Shown here in pieces: positions 30,519 to 40,062 of a stretch of 64,000 nucleotides of DNA. Numbering within the stretch: the first letter of the stretch is position 1; each line of letters starts with the position of its first letter. The stretch is from Bacillota bacterium (lineage in GTDB: Bacteria > Bacillota > DTU025). The stretch covers positions 128,001 through 192,000 of the forward strand of contig JBMNJT010000002.1 of NCBI GenBank assembly GCA_050951805.1, written 5' to 3'. The notes under the pieces are model-generated. The model did no database searches. It had not been told where the DNA came from and was given only the letters and a program-made list of their open reading frames with translations. Made by a program: the position numbers and the translations under genes.

Positions 30519-31047
30519 CGTTATTGACAAGCTCCGTTCGCACGCCAGCTTGGATTTCCACCTCAGGCTTGCCGGGATAGTGGACGAAAGTGTTGTGGAC
30601 GGGCCAGGAGTGAGGCTTGTGGTTTTTGCACAGGGATGCCCGCACCACTGCCCGGGCTGCCACAATCCTCATACATGGGCGACGGACGGGGGCGTATCGG
30701 TTGCGGCCGAGGAAATAATCGAGAGGCTGAGGGCCAACCTGGTACTGTCTGGAGTGACCCTCAGCGGGGGAGAGCCATTTGCTCAGGCTTCCGAATTCGG
30801 CAGATTGGCGATGGCTGTCAAAAGGATGGGGTTTACCGTGACGACATATACCGGTTACAAGTGGGAGCATCTTGTCCAGTCGAGCTACAGCGGAGTGCAC
30901 CTGCTCTTGGATAATACGGATATACTGGTAGACGGGCCCTATGTCGACAACCTCAGAGAGCCGGGCCTCAAATGGCGCGGCTCCAGCAATCAGAGGATTA
31001 TAGACGTGCATAGATCACTCGGGGCGGGGAGCGTTGTGTTGCTGTAG
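30508..31047 (+). CDS. nrdG: Anaerobic RNR activase (radical SAM)
   Basis: SVVDGPGVR...QGCPHHCPGCHN, GVTLSGGEP, RGSSNQR. Confidence 0.96.
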   Translation: METSVIDKLRSHASLDFHLRLAGIVDESVVDGPGVRLVVFAQGCPHHCPGCHNPHTWATDGGVSVAAEEIIERLRANLVLSGVTLSGGEPFAQASEFGRLAMAVKRMGFTVTTYTGYKWEHLVQSSYSGVHLLLDNTDILVDGPYVDNLREPGLKWRGSSNQRIIDVHRSLGAGSVVLL

Positions 31048-31197
31048 GTGAGAGCCATTTGGGCGTCAGGCGCCCGTTTTCCACCCGCCCCCGCATCCAT
31101 CGCACATCCGAACCGGCTGTTTGGCGCTGCGGCCAGCCAAACAGCGTTGTCTCAATTCAGCTCCATATCATCATTCCTCTTCCCAAACCACAAAACT

Positions 31198-31291
31198 TTT
31201 GCGCAAAGAAGGAAACTTGGATGTAATGTCGAATACATATTGCGCAATAGCAATGCAATATATATGTGCAAGTGCGCAAATCTTGCGCAAG
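31198..31291. promoter_or_regulatory. Cluster of TGCGCA(A) sites, putative LacI operators
   Basis: TTTGCGCAAA, TATTGCGCAATA and GTGCGCAAATCTTGCGCAAG upstream of the GH130 gene; the same motif recurs at 32222-32240. Confidence 0.65.
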
Positions 31292-31316
31292 ACGTGCCAA
31301 TTACGGAGGTGCGCCA

Positions 31317-32210
31317 ATGGTCAAGCTTGAGCGACTCGCCAACAAGCCTATTCTCAGGCCTGTGCCTGAACACGGATGGGAGAGGGCGGCGGTATTCAAC
31401 TGCGCAGCGGTCTACAAAGACGGCATCTTCCACCTTATCTACCGCGCCTGCAATCTGCCCAGCCACGACAGGTTCGGACCCTACATTTCCACAATGGGGC
31501 ATGCTGTGAGCCTCAACGGAGTAGATTTCGCTAGGGACGACAAACCGGTGTTTTCCGGGGAGGGCCCCCAGGAGCAACGGGGGGTCGAGGATCCCAGAAT
31601 CGTGGAACTAGACGGCAGGTTCTACATGATGTATACGGCCTTTGGCGCCAGATTCGATGGAGACTATAGAATATCGATGGCAAGTTCGCCTGACCTCATC
31701 AATTGGTCGCGCCACGGAGTAGTCCTGGATGAGCCCAACAAAGATGCCTCGCTCTTTCCGGAGAAGGTACGTGGCAGGTACGCGATGTACCACAGACGCC
31801 ACCCGAACATCTGGATGGCCTTTTCCGATGATTTGGTGAACTGGACCGATCACAAAGTGATCATGGAGATAATACCCGATTCGTGGGAATCGGAGCGCAT
31901 AGGCATTGCAGGTCCGCCCTTCAGAGTGGCTGAGGGGTGGGCCTTGATCTATCATGGCGTAGATTCTGAAAACAGGTACCGCCTGGGCTGGGCGCTCTTT
32001 GACGGAGACGATCCCACAAAGCTGATTTATCGACAACGCGAGCCCATCCTCCAACCTGAACTGGAATGGGAGAGGGAAGGCTGGGTTCCCAACGTCGTCT
32101 TCAGCTGCGGACAGGCGGTAGTCGATGACACAGTCTACGTCTACTATGGCGGCGCGGACGCCTGCATCGGCGTTGCTGCAGCAAAGATCGAAGACTTTAC
32201 TGCAAAATAG
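31317..32210 (+). CDS. GH130 beta-mannoside phosphorylase (beta-1,2-oligomannan phosphorylase-like)
   Basis: AVFN, LIYRA, GVEDPR, NKDASLFPEK, HRR.P, VPNVVF, YYGGAD; no signal peptide. Subfamily assignment is from recalled similarity to Thermoanaerobacter X514 enzymes. Confidence 0.85.
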   Translation: MVKLERLANKPILRPVPEHGWERAAVFNCAAVYKDGIFHLIYRACNLPSHDRFGPYISTMGHAVSLNGVDFARDDKPVFSGEGPQEQRGVEDPRIVELDGRFYMMYTAFGARFDGDYRISMASSPDLINWSRHGVVLDEPNKDASLFPEKVRGRYAMYHRRHPNIWMAFSDDLVNWTDHKVIMEIIPDSWESERIGIAGPPFRVAEGWALIYHGVDSENRYRLGWALFDGDDPTKLIYRQREPILQPELEWEREGWVPNVVFSCGQAVVDDTVYVYYGGADACIGVAAAKIEDFTAK

Positions 32211-32221
32211 GGGCAAAAAAC

Positions 32222-32240
32222 GTGCGCAAGTTGCGCAAAA
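32222..32240. promoter_or_regulatory. Putative LacI operator
   Basis: TGCGCAA-G-TTGCGCA palindrome just before the lacI-family start. Confidence 0.6.
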
Positions 32241-32259
32241 CGGAACGGAGAGTGGCGCC

Positions 32260-33300
32260 ATGGGAGTTACGATAGAAGACGTCGCAAGGAGGGCTGGCGT
32301 TTCAGCGTCGACCGTGTCTCGGACCCTCAACAACAAGGGCAGGATAAGTGCTGAGACGAGGCGGAGAGTGATAGAAGCAGCCCGCGAACTGGAATACCCG
32401 GTGAGTGCGGATGCGGGCCTCTCCCGCCGACGGACCAATCGCATAGGAATACTCTTCGACCGACGCCTTCATTCGCTCGTCGCAGACCCATTCTATGGCC
32501 TGGTAATGGTCGGGGTCGAGGAATGGCTGCGCGACGAGGGTTATCAGGTATTCTTTTCCACATTCTCAGATCGTGAGGCCGACATGGCCATGATCTCAGA
32601 GTTTGCCGCGGAGCGCCCTGTGGACGGGCTGATCATGGCAGGCTGCGACATTGACCTCGATTGCATCAGGAAAGCGGTATTCATGGGAATGCCTCTGGTG
32701 CTGGTTGACAACAACATAGTTGAGCCCAAGGTTCCCTGCGTGATGACTGACAATACAGCGGGGGCGCGGGAAGCTGTGGAACACCTGATCAGCCTGGGCC
32801 ACGAAGAGATCGGATTCGTCTCAGGCCCCATGACCCATAGCTCCCTTTATGAACGTTATCAGGGCTATAGGCAGGCCATGGAGGCAAATGGCCTTTTGGT
32901 CAGGTCTGATATGGTCATTGCGTATGAAGATGTGGCCGATTACGACGTCAATGGAGGTTACAAGGCCGCCGAGCGCCTTTTGAAGAGGTCGCCCAGGCCG
33001 ACTGCGATATTCGCAGGCAATGATTCCATGGCGATCGGAGTCATGAAGGCCGCTCAGGAGTTGGGCCTCGTTGTTCCGGACGACTTGTCGGTGGTCGGAT
33101 TCGATGACATCGAATTGGCGGCTCATACAACCCCCGCCCTCACAACCGTGCGAGTGCACAAGAGGGAGCTTGGGTATCATGCAGCCCGCCTTCTCCTAGA
33201 GTCCATAGACGGGGATCCAGACCGCATCCCTTACAAGATCGCGGTCTGCACCGAATTGATTGTCCGCGAATCAACATGCCCCAGACGTCTCGATGCATAG
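32260..33300 (+). CDS. LacI-family regulator
   Basis: VTIEDVARRAGVSASTVSRTLN; VPDDLSVVGFDD; PALTTV. Confidence 0.97.
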   Translation: MGVTIEDVARRAGVSASTVSRTLNNKGRISAETRRRVIEAARELEYPVSADAGLSRRRTNRIGILFDRRLHSLVADPFYGLVMVGVEEWLRDEGYQVFFSTFSDREADMAMISEFAAERPVDGLIMAGCDIDLDCIRKAVFMGMPLVLVDNNIVEPKVPCVMTDNTAGAREAVEHLISLGHEEIGFVSGPMTHSSLYERYQGYRQAMEANGLLVRSDMVIAYEDVADYDVNGGYKAAERLLKRSPRPTAIFAGNDSMAIGVMKAAQELGLVVPDDLSVVGFDDIELAAHTTPALTTVRVHKRELGYHAARLLLESIDGDPDRIPYKIAVCTELIVRESTCPRRLDA

Positions 33301-33321
33301 TTTTGTGTGGGGGTGACTTAA

Positions 33322-34245
33322 GTGAAGGAGGCTGCGGTCGAGGAGAGGCAGCCATCATACCTTGCGCGGCTGCGCATGGAGTACCGGTCGAGCGACAAAG
33401 CAGGATACATAATGGTGCTTCCTTATGTATTGCATTTTCTCGTCTTTGTTGCATATCCCCTCGTATTTGCGTTCATACTCGTGTTTTGCAAGTGGGACAT
33501 CGTATCCCCAATGGAATTCGTCGGACTGCGTAACATTCAAAGACTGATGCGTGATACGACGTTCTGGACTGCAGTCACGAACACCCTGAAGTTCTTGGCT
33601 TTACACATTCCGCTTCAGATAGTCTTTGCACTCTTGATCGCAGTGGTGCTCAACGGCCCGATAAAGCTGAGAGGTTTCTTTAGGGGCGCGTTCTTCCTGC
33701 CATTCGTTATCTCCGGCGCAGTTGTCACAATTCTTTGGCAGCAGCTTTACTCCACCGATGCAGGAGTCTTCAACTTGATCCTGACCAAGCTAGGCGCATC
33801 TCCTGTGCCATGGCTCACTGACCCGTCTATCGCCATCTACTCTATTGCAGTCATGGCCACGTGGAAAAACGTCGGATTCTACATAGTGCTGTTTCTGGCA
33901 GGGCTCCAGAATGTGCCGCGCGAGCTTTACGAGGCCGCGAGCATAGATGGGGCCAACCGGGGACAACAGTTCTGGAAGATCACGATGCCGCTGCTCAGGC
34001 CGGTTACGCTGCTTGTGATCATGCTCTCTACGATAGGCGGGTTTGGTCTTTTCATCGAGCCATTCGTGATGACCGGCGGTGGGCCGGCAGAGAGCACTCT
34101 ATCCGTGGTTCTGTATTTATACAAGAACGCGTTCCAGTTTCTAAAGATGGGTTATGCGGCTACCATAGGGTTTGCGTTGGCGCTTATGATCTTTTTGGTC
34201 ACGTTAGTCCAGAGAAAGCTGCTCGATGTCGAGCAGCCATATTAG
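33322..34245 (+). CDS. Carbohydrate ABC transporter permease
   Basis: Multiple TM segments; ELYEAASIDGA EAA loop. Confidence 0.95.
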   Translation: MKEAAVEERQPSYLARLRMEYRSSDKAGYIMVLPYVLHFLVFVAYPLVFAFILVFCKWDIVSPMEFVGLRNIQRLMRDTTFWTAVTNTLKFLALHIPLQIVFALLIAVVLNGPIKLRGFFRGAFFLPFVISGAVVTILWQQLYSTDAGVFNLILTKLGASPVPWLTDPSIAIYSIAVMATWKNVGFYIVLFLAGLQNVPRELYEAASIDGANRGQQFWKITMPLLRPVTLLVIMLSTIGGFGLFIEPFVMTGGGPAESTLSVVLYLYKNAFQFLKMGYAATIGFALALMIFLVTLVQRKLLDVEQPY

Positions 34246-34261
34246 AGCGGAGGCGGTAGCG

Positions 34262-35080
34262 ATGCGAACATTCAAGAAGATATTGGGCTATGTAATCCTG
34301 ACCGCGGCCGCTCTCACATTCATATACCCATTCCTCTGGATGATCTCGGCATCGTTTAAACCCGAAAGCGAGATCGGCAGCTTGAGCTTGATTCCGAAGA
34401 ACTTCACGCTCGCAGGCTATGGGGCGGTGTTTACCCAGATCCCAATCCTCAAGGCCTTGTTCAACTCGGTATTTGTCTCGGTTATATCGACCGCCTGCGT
34501 CCTCATATTCAGCTCCATGGTGGGCTACGCTCTGGCTCGGCTCAGGTTTATAGGACGTGACACCATCTTCAACCTCGTGCTTCTGACGATGATGATCCCG
34601 GGCCAGCTGACGCTAATACCCATGTACGTGCTGATTGTGAAATTAGGTTGGGCCGATACCTACAAGGCATTGATAGTTCCGGCCATGATGAGCAATATGG
34701 GAATCATCATTTTCAGGCAGTTCTTCATGTCGCTTCCCCAGGAGCTGGTGGATGCGGCGAGGATCGACGGGTGTTCCGACTACGAGATACTTTTCAAGAT
34801 CTTCTGGCCCCTTTCCAAGCCATCACTGGTTACGGTGGGCATAACCACCTTCATCGGCTCATGGAACGAAGTGCTATGGCCGCTCATTGTGATCAGGAAA
34901 TGGGACATGATGACCATGCCGCAGATGGTGACTTTGTTCAGCGTCGGGGGACTGGCGGGAGCGCAGGTGGCTGCGGAGATGGCTGCTGCAACCATGTTGG
35001 CGTTGCCTGTTGTAATTGCTTACCTCTTCTTCCAGAACTACTTCATAGAGAGCCTGGCGCTATCGGGCATCAAGGGATAG
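34262..35080 (+). CDS. Carbohydrate ABC transporter permease
   Basis: ELVDAARIDGC EAA loop; SWNE.LWPL. Confidence 0.95.
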   Translation: MRTFKKILGYVILTAAALTFIYPFLWMISASFKPESEIGSLSLIPKNFTLAGYGAVFTQIPILKALFNSVFVSVISTACVLIFSSMVGYALARLRFIGRDTIFNLVLLTMMIPGQLTLIPMYVLIVKLGWADTYKALIVPAMMSNMGIIIFRQFFMSLPQELVDAARIDGCSDYEILFKIFWPLSKPSLVTVGITTFIGSWNEVLWPLIVIRKWDMMTMPQMVTLFSVGGLAGAQVAAEMAAATMLALPVVIAYLFFQNYFIESLALSGIKG

Positions 35081-35218
35081 CAACGAAGGCTAGAGCCTTC
35101 TCAGAGCTGGTGGTTGGAACCCGAAACAAAACCCCTTGTGGTACGCACTTTACTCCTCGCGCAGGAGCGCGGGTTCATATGAACAAACAAGCGAGATTAC
35201 TGAAATGGAGGGACGGCA

Positions 35219-36523
35219 ATGCGAACCAGCATCAAATCGCGTGTAGCGGCCATCGTGGCTGCTCTACTGATGGTGTCGTTGTCATGCGGGATCATCGAGG
35301 CGAAGACGCCGGTCACCATCACATTTTGGCCGTCGTCTAACCCGCAGGAGATCGAGTTTGCCAAGATCATAGTGGCAAGATGGAATAAGCAGAATCCGGA
35401 CATCCAGGTGAAGATGGAGCCGCTTCCGGCGTCCAGGTCTACCGAAGAAGTGCTGCTTGCGGCGATAGCGGCAGGCACGACTCCGGACGTGTGCGCAAAC
35501 ATCTACCCGGGCGCGATATCCCAGTACATCGCGGGCAAGGGCCTTTATCCCCACGACAAGTTGCCTGGGTTCTACGATTTCGTCTACGAAAGAAGCCCGA
35601 AGGAAATAGTGGATTCCTTCACTTACAGAGACGGCCATATATACCAGATTCCGTGGAAGGCAAACCCTGTCATGTTGGCCTACAACGTTAACTTGCTCCG
35701 GGAGAACGGCATTGACCCCAGATCGCTCTCTACCTACAGCGGTTTCCTGAAGGCAGCCGAGAAGCTCGCGAAGGATACCGACGGAGACGGCCGCATCGAC
35801 CAGTGGCTCTACGCTCCTAGCACGGATGTTACGTGGTGGCAGCGGTTCTTCGACTTCTACACCCTCTACATAGCCGCGAGCGGCGGCAAGACACTCCTTG
35901 ACGACCGCGGCAGAGTGGCATTTGAAGACGAAGCTGCAGTTGCAGTCTTCACATTTCTGAGAACCCTATTCGACAAGAAACTCGTTCCCAAGGGAATGCT
36001 TATCGGCGACCAATTCCTAGGCGGCAAGGTAGCCACCACTATAACGGGACCGTACTCCATACCTTACTACGACCAGAATGCTCCGGAGGGCTTCAAGTAT
36101 GACTTCATGCCTGTGCCAGTTCCAGACGGGCACAAGGGCCCTGTAGTGACCTACGGAGACCCTAAAAACATAGGGATCTTCGCAAATTCGAAGCACCCGC
36201 TCGAAGCGTGGGAGTTCGTAAAATTCATCATGTCCCGCGAGAACGACCTTCTCTGGCTGGAGATCACATCTCAGCCCCCGTATCGCAAGGATATCGTGGA
36301 CGATCCCATGTTCGCGCCCTATTTCAAGAAAAATCCGATGATGTCCAAATTCGTCGTTCAGGGCGCCTACACCCGGGGCGTGGATGACAGCAAGTATCTG
36401 ATTGAGATCTTCGACGCCATATCCAAGCAGTATGACCTTTGCTGTGTGAACGGGCGCAAGACTCCGAAGAATGCAGTTCGCGACGGCGCGCGGGACGCTC
36501 GCGATATTCTGGCAGGGTGGTAG
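35219..36523 (+). CDS. Sugar ABC substrate-binding protein 1
   Basis: Signal peptide; AAIAAGTTPDV, YQIPW, AWEFVKF. Confidence 0.92.
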   Translation: MRTSIKSRVAAIVAALLMVSLSCGIIEAKTPVTITFWPSSNPQEIEFAKIIVARWNKQNPDIQVKMEPLPASRSTEEVLLAAIAAGTTPDVCANIYPGAISQYIAGKGLYPHDKLPGFYDFVYERSPKEIVDSFTYRDGHIYQIPWKANPVMLAYNVNLLRENGIDPRSLSTYSGFLKAAEKLAKDTDGDGRIDQWLYAPSTDVTWWQRFFDFYTLYIAASGGKTLLDDRGRVAFEDEAAVAVFTFLRTLFDKKLVPKGMLIGDQFLGGKVATTITGPYSIPYYDQNAPEGFKYDFMPVPVPDGHKGPVVTYGDPKNIGIFANSKHPLEAWEFVKFIMSRENDLLWLEITSQPPYRKDIVDDPMFAPYFKKNPMMSKFVVQGAYTRGVDDSKYLIEIFDAISKQYDLCCVNGRKTPKNAVRDGARDARDILAGW

Positions 36524-36531
36524 TGCACGTG

Positions 36532-37884
36532 ATGACTGAGAGAACTTCAGAAAGATACGTCAAAAGCAAGCGGACGGCCCGGCATGTCCGGGCCCTCGCC
36601 AGCTGTCTGGCTGCAGGGCTGATCCTGGCCGGATTGATGCTGGCGCCTTGTGGCGGGATGGCGGCGGGTGGCCCTGTTTCCATCGACTTTTGGTGTTCAT
36701 CTAATCCTCAGGAGATCGAATGGGCCAAGGCTGTTGTGGGTAAATGGAATGCGACCAGGCGCGATATCGTGGTAAACCTTCAGCCATTGCCCGCTTCGCG
36801 CTCGACAGAGGAGGCATTGCTTGCCGCAATAGCGGCAAAGACTACCCCGGATGTGTGCGCAAACATCTACCCCGGAGTGGTCACGCAATTCGTGGCGGCA
36901 GGCGGATTGTATCGGATGGACAGATTCCGTGATTTCATCCCATTCATGGAGCAACGGTTGCCTTCCTCCATTATGGAGCAGCATAGATCGCCTGACGGCC
37001 ACTTCTACCAAGTCCCGTGGAAGGGCAACCCCATAATGCTCGCCTACAACGTGAAAATGCTTCGCGAAGCAGGCGTCGATCCCGCATCGCTCAGGACGTA
37101 CAGCGGTTTCCTGTCAGCGGCCAAAAAGCTCACACGGGACAGAGACGGAGACGGCAGAGTCGACCAGTGGATGATCTACCTCAACATAGAGCCAATCTGG
37201 TGGCAGAGGTTCTTCGACTTCTACACCTTGTATGTAGCCGCCAGTTGTGGGCGAACGCTGATTGAGGGGAACCGGGCGGCCTTCAACAACAGGGCGGGAG
37301 TTGCGGCGATGGGGTTTCTTGCTGAGATCTTCAAGCGCGGCTACGCCCCGAAATCGACCTTCCCAGGGGACGTGTTCCTGCAAGAAAAGACGGCTACATA
37401 CATAACCGGCCCGTTTGCTATACCCTTCTGGGAATCGATGAAGCCTAAAGGGTTCGAATACGACTTCGTGCCTGTTCCTGTCCCCGACTTTTACACGGGC
37501 AAGGAAGTTTGGAGCTATAGTGATCCGAAGAACGTAGGCATCTTCCAGACCAGCAAGCATCCTGAAGAAGCGTGGGAGTTTGTCAAGTTCATGCTGAGCG
37601 AGGAGAACGACGCGATGTTTCTGGCGATGACGAGCCAGATCCCGTTCCGCAAGAACTTTGACAAGGTAGAAGGTTTCGCTTCAATAGCGAAGAAGCAGCC
37701 GCACCTCGCCAAGTTCATGGTCCAAAGCAGGTATACCCAAGGGGCGGACAACGTGAAGCCTTTGGTGGAGATATACGACGCGATCGCCCAGGAGTATCAG
37801 TACTGTGCCGTTCTCGGGCAAGAGACTCCCGAGGAAGCCATAAAGATCGCCGAGGAGAGGGTAAACGAGATATTGAGCTACTGA
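36532..37884 (+). CDS. Sugar ABC substrate-binding protein 2 (paralog of the preceding gene; start uncertain)
   Basis: Shares SSNPQEIE, PLPASRSTEE, PDVCANIYPG, WWQRFFDFYTLY and DPKN.GIF with SBP1. Confidence 0.92.
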   Translation: MTERTSERYVKSKRTARHVRALASCLAAGLILAGLMLAPCGGMAAGGPVSIDFWCSSNPQEIEWAKAVVGKWNATRRDIVVNLQPLPASRSTEEALLAAIAAKTTPDVCANIYPGVVTQFVAAGGLYRMDRFRDFIPFMEQRLPSSIMEQHRSPDGHFYQVPWKGNPIMLAYNVKMLREAGVDPASLRTYSGFLSAAKKLTRDRDGDGRVDQWMIYLNIEPIWWQRFFDFYTLYVAASCGRTLIEGNRAAFNNRAGVAAMGFLAEIFKRGYAPKSTFPGDVFLQEKTATYITGPFAIPFWESMKPKGFEYDFVPVPVPDFYTGKEVWSYSDPKNVGIFQTSKHPEEAWEFVKFMLSEENDAMFLAMTSQIPFRKNFDKVEGFASIAKKQPHLAKFMVQSRYTQGADNVKPLVEIYDAIAQEYQYCAVLGQETPEEAIKIAEERVNEILSY

Positions 37885-37929
37885 GCAGCCAAGCTGTTGC
37901 ATCAGTCGGGCTCAGCAGCATAGGGGGAT

Positions 37930-39990
37930 ATGAACATGAATTTAGCTAGGCGACGCTGGGCACTGGCGGCCGCGGCCTGCGCCTTCATCTTGATGGTGGC
38001 GGCGTTCGGGGCCAGCGCTGCCGAAAGCGGTATAGAGTACGCAAGCGATGCCCACAGGGCTGTGAACGAGATGGTCAACCTGTCGCATTTGGACTACTTG
38101 CGCGACGAGATAGTTCGCTCCGACGGGACGGTCATACCCATCTGGTGGGTATACTGCGAGCCTTCGGTTCCGGGCGACAGGAGCTCTCAATACAAGTACG
38201 TGGAAGCGGCGAGCGAGGGCATAAGCTGCGTAGATGACGTGGCCAGGGCGGCCCTTGCATACCTTGCCGAATACGAGCGTAGTGGAGATGAACACGCCCT
38301 CGACATGGCAAGGGATTGCTTCACGTTTATCGAGTATATGCGCACCCCGGAGGGCCACTTCTACAACTTCATCTTGGAATCGGGCTCCCGTAACCTGAAG
38401 GGCGCTACGAGCGAGAAGGGAGTAAACTGGTGGACCACCAGGGGCATGTGGGCTCTGGCCCGGGGCATCAGGGTATTCGACAAGGTCGATCCTGAATACG
38501 CGGCCCACCTTGAGGAGCTGATCCAGCCGTCCTTGGAGTCGATTTGGGAGTTTGTCACCGCTTATGAGCTCTCCAAATACGGGGAGTACAAGACCCTTCA
38601 TGGCGTGAAGCTTCCGGCATGGCTAGTGGAGGACGGGTCTGATGCCTCAGGAGTCCTCGTGATGGCCCTTTGCGAGCTGTATGAGGCGAGGCCTAACCAG
38701 AGGACTGCCGAGATGGCAAAGATGCTCGCCGACGGAATAGTCGGTTTTCAGATGGGTACCCCCGATGAGTTTCCTTTCGGCGCTCACCTTCCATGGGGTG
38801 GAACGATCACCAACTGGCATGGCTGGGGGAGCCATCAGATAAAGGCCCTAGCAATGGCTGGAAGAATCTTCGGCAACCAGGCGTGGATCGAATCCGCGGA
38901 ATATGCGGCCAACAGCTTCGTCACGCATATGCTGGCGTCGATAGGGATGTTCGCGCACATGGGCCCGGCACCGCTCTCCTACGTTCAGCTGTCGTATGGA
39001 GCTCAGACCATCACCACGGGCTTACTCGAGCTTTACCGCGCAACGGGCAAGGAGATCTACGCAGTGCTTGGCGGGATCGCAGGATCGTGGTACATGGGGA
39101 ACAACGTGGCGAACCACCCGATGTATGATCCGGCCACAGGGCGCGGATGGGACGGGATAGACCCGCCCGGGCCCGAACGCGGGATAGGCGTGAGCTTCAA
39201 TGCCGGAGCCGAATCGACTATCGAGGCTGTAACGACGATGATAGAGCTTGCTTCAGTGCCGAAGGCATGTGAATACGTAAACCTTGCCAACAGATGGAAA
39301 TATGCATACCGAGTGGTCGAGGCGGAGTCCTTCGATAACCCGCTATCGGGCCGCCCTCGGAAGATCTGGGCGCAGTGGACAGGGGAGAACACGCCCAGCG
39401 GAGAGTTTTACGTGACTGTAAGATCCGGTGACAGCTTCAAGCTGAGCTTCACGGTCCCCGAAGACGACGTCTACATCCCATACGCGGTCTTTGAACGCCA
39501 ACCTGTTGCCAAGGGGCAAGTCGGAATGAGCTTTTCTATAGACGGCGGAGAACCCATCGTAGTGGACATGGGCGGATCTTCTGATACAAAGTATTTCGTG
39601 ATGGAAAAACTCGCGCCGAAAGTCGAGCTTAAAGCCGGCAAGCACACTGTGACCGTGAAGTTTGTCGGTGCTAGCCGGGCGCAGACCGCAGCGCTGGACG
39701 CCCTCGTTTTCCAGCCGATGATCGAGTATCGCCACATGACAGGGCCGGATTATCAGAACGTTATCATCCTCCGGAGCTTTGCCGACAAGGCCTCCACCAA
39801 AGGCATCGATGTGGACATACGTTCGAGCGCGCCGGCGCATGAGATCAAGTTTACCGTGAAGAGCTACAACACAGCCGGTGATCTCGTATCAGAGGAAAGC
39901 GTGATACGTCCGGTGGATGAATGTGCGGAGACGGTCAGGATAGATCCCTTAGTGGAAGCTTACGGGTACACATTGGTCGAGTGGCGTTGA
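37930..39990 (+). CDS. Secreted protein: putative (alpha/alpha)-barrel glycosidase-like domain plus CBM-like C-terminus
   Basis: Signal peptide (ASA/AE); CVDDVARA, FYNF and NAGAESTIE motifs; C-terminal VEAES...beta-sandwich. The start may be 37936. Confidence 0.6.
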   Translation: MNMNLARRRWALAAAACAFILMVAAFGASAAESGIEYASDAHRAVNEMVNLSHLDYLRDEIVRSDGTVIPIWWVYCEPSVPGDRSSQYKYVEAASEGISCVDDVARAALAYLAEYERSGDEHALDMARDCFTFIEYMRTPEGHFYNFILESGSRNLKGATSEKGVNWWTTRGMWALARGIRVFDKVDPEYAAHLEELIQPSLESIWEFVTAYELSKYGEYKTLHGVKLPAWLVEDGSDASGVLVMALCELYEARPNQRTAEMAKMLADGIVGFQMGTPDEFPFGAHLPWGGTITNWHGWGSHQIKALAMAGRIFGNQAWIESAEYAANSFVTHMLASIGMFAHMGPAPLSYVQLSYGAQTITTGLLELYRATGKEIYAVLGGIAGSWYMGNNVANHPMYDPATGRGWDGIDPPGPERGIGVSFNAGAESTIEAVTTMIELASVPKACEYVNLANRWKYAYRVVEAESFDNPLSGRPRKIWAQWTGENTPSGEFYVTVRSGDSFKLSFTVPEDDVYIPYAVFERQPVAKGQVGMSFSIDGGEPIVVDMGGSSDTKYFVMEKLAPKVELKAGKHTVTVKFVGASRAQTAALDALVFQPMIEYRHMTGPDYQNVIILRSFADKASTKGIDVDIRSSAPAHEIKFTVKSYNTAGDLVSEESVIRPVDECAETVRIDPLVEAYGYTLVEWR

Positions 39991-40062
39991 GACTTGCAGT
40001 CCAGCGCCAGAGCACAATCGGCCTAAGGGCCGACCCAAAAAAATCGAGGAGGAACGTGAAAG

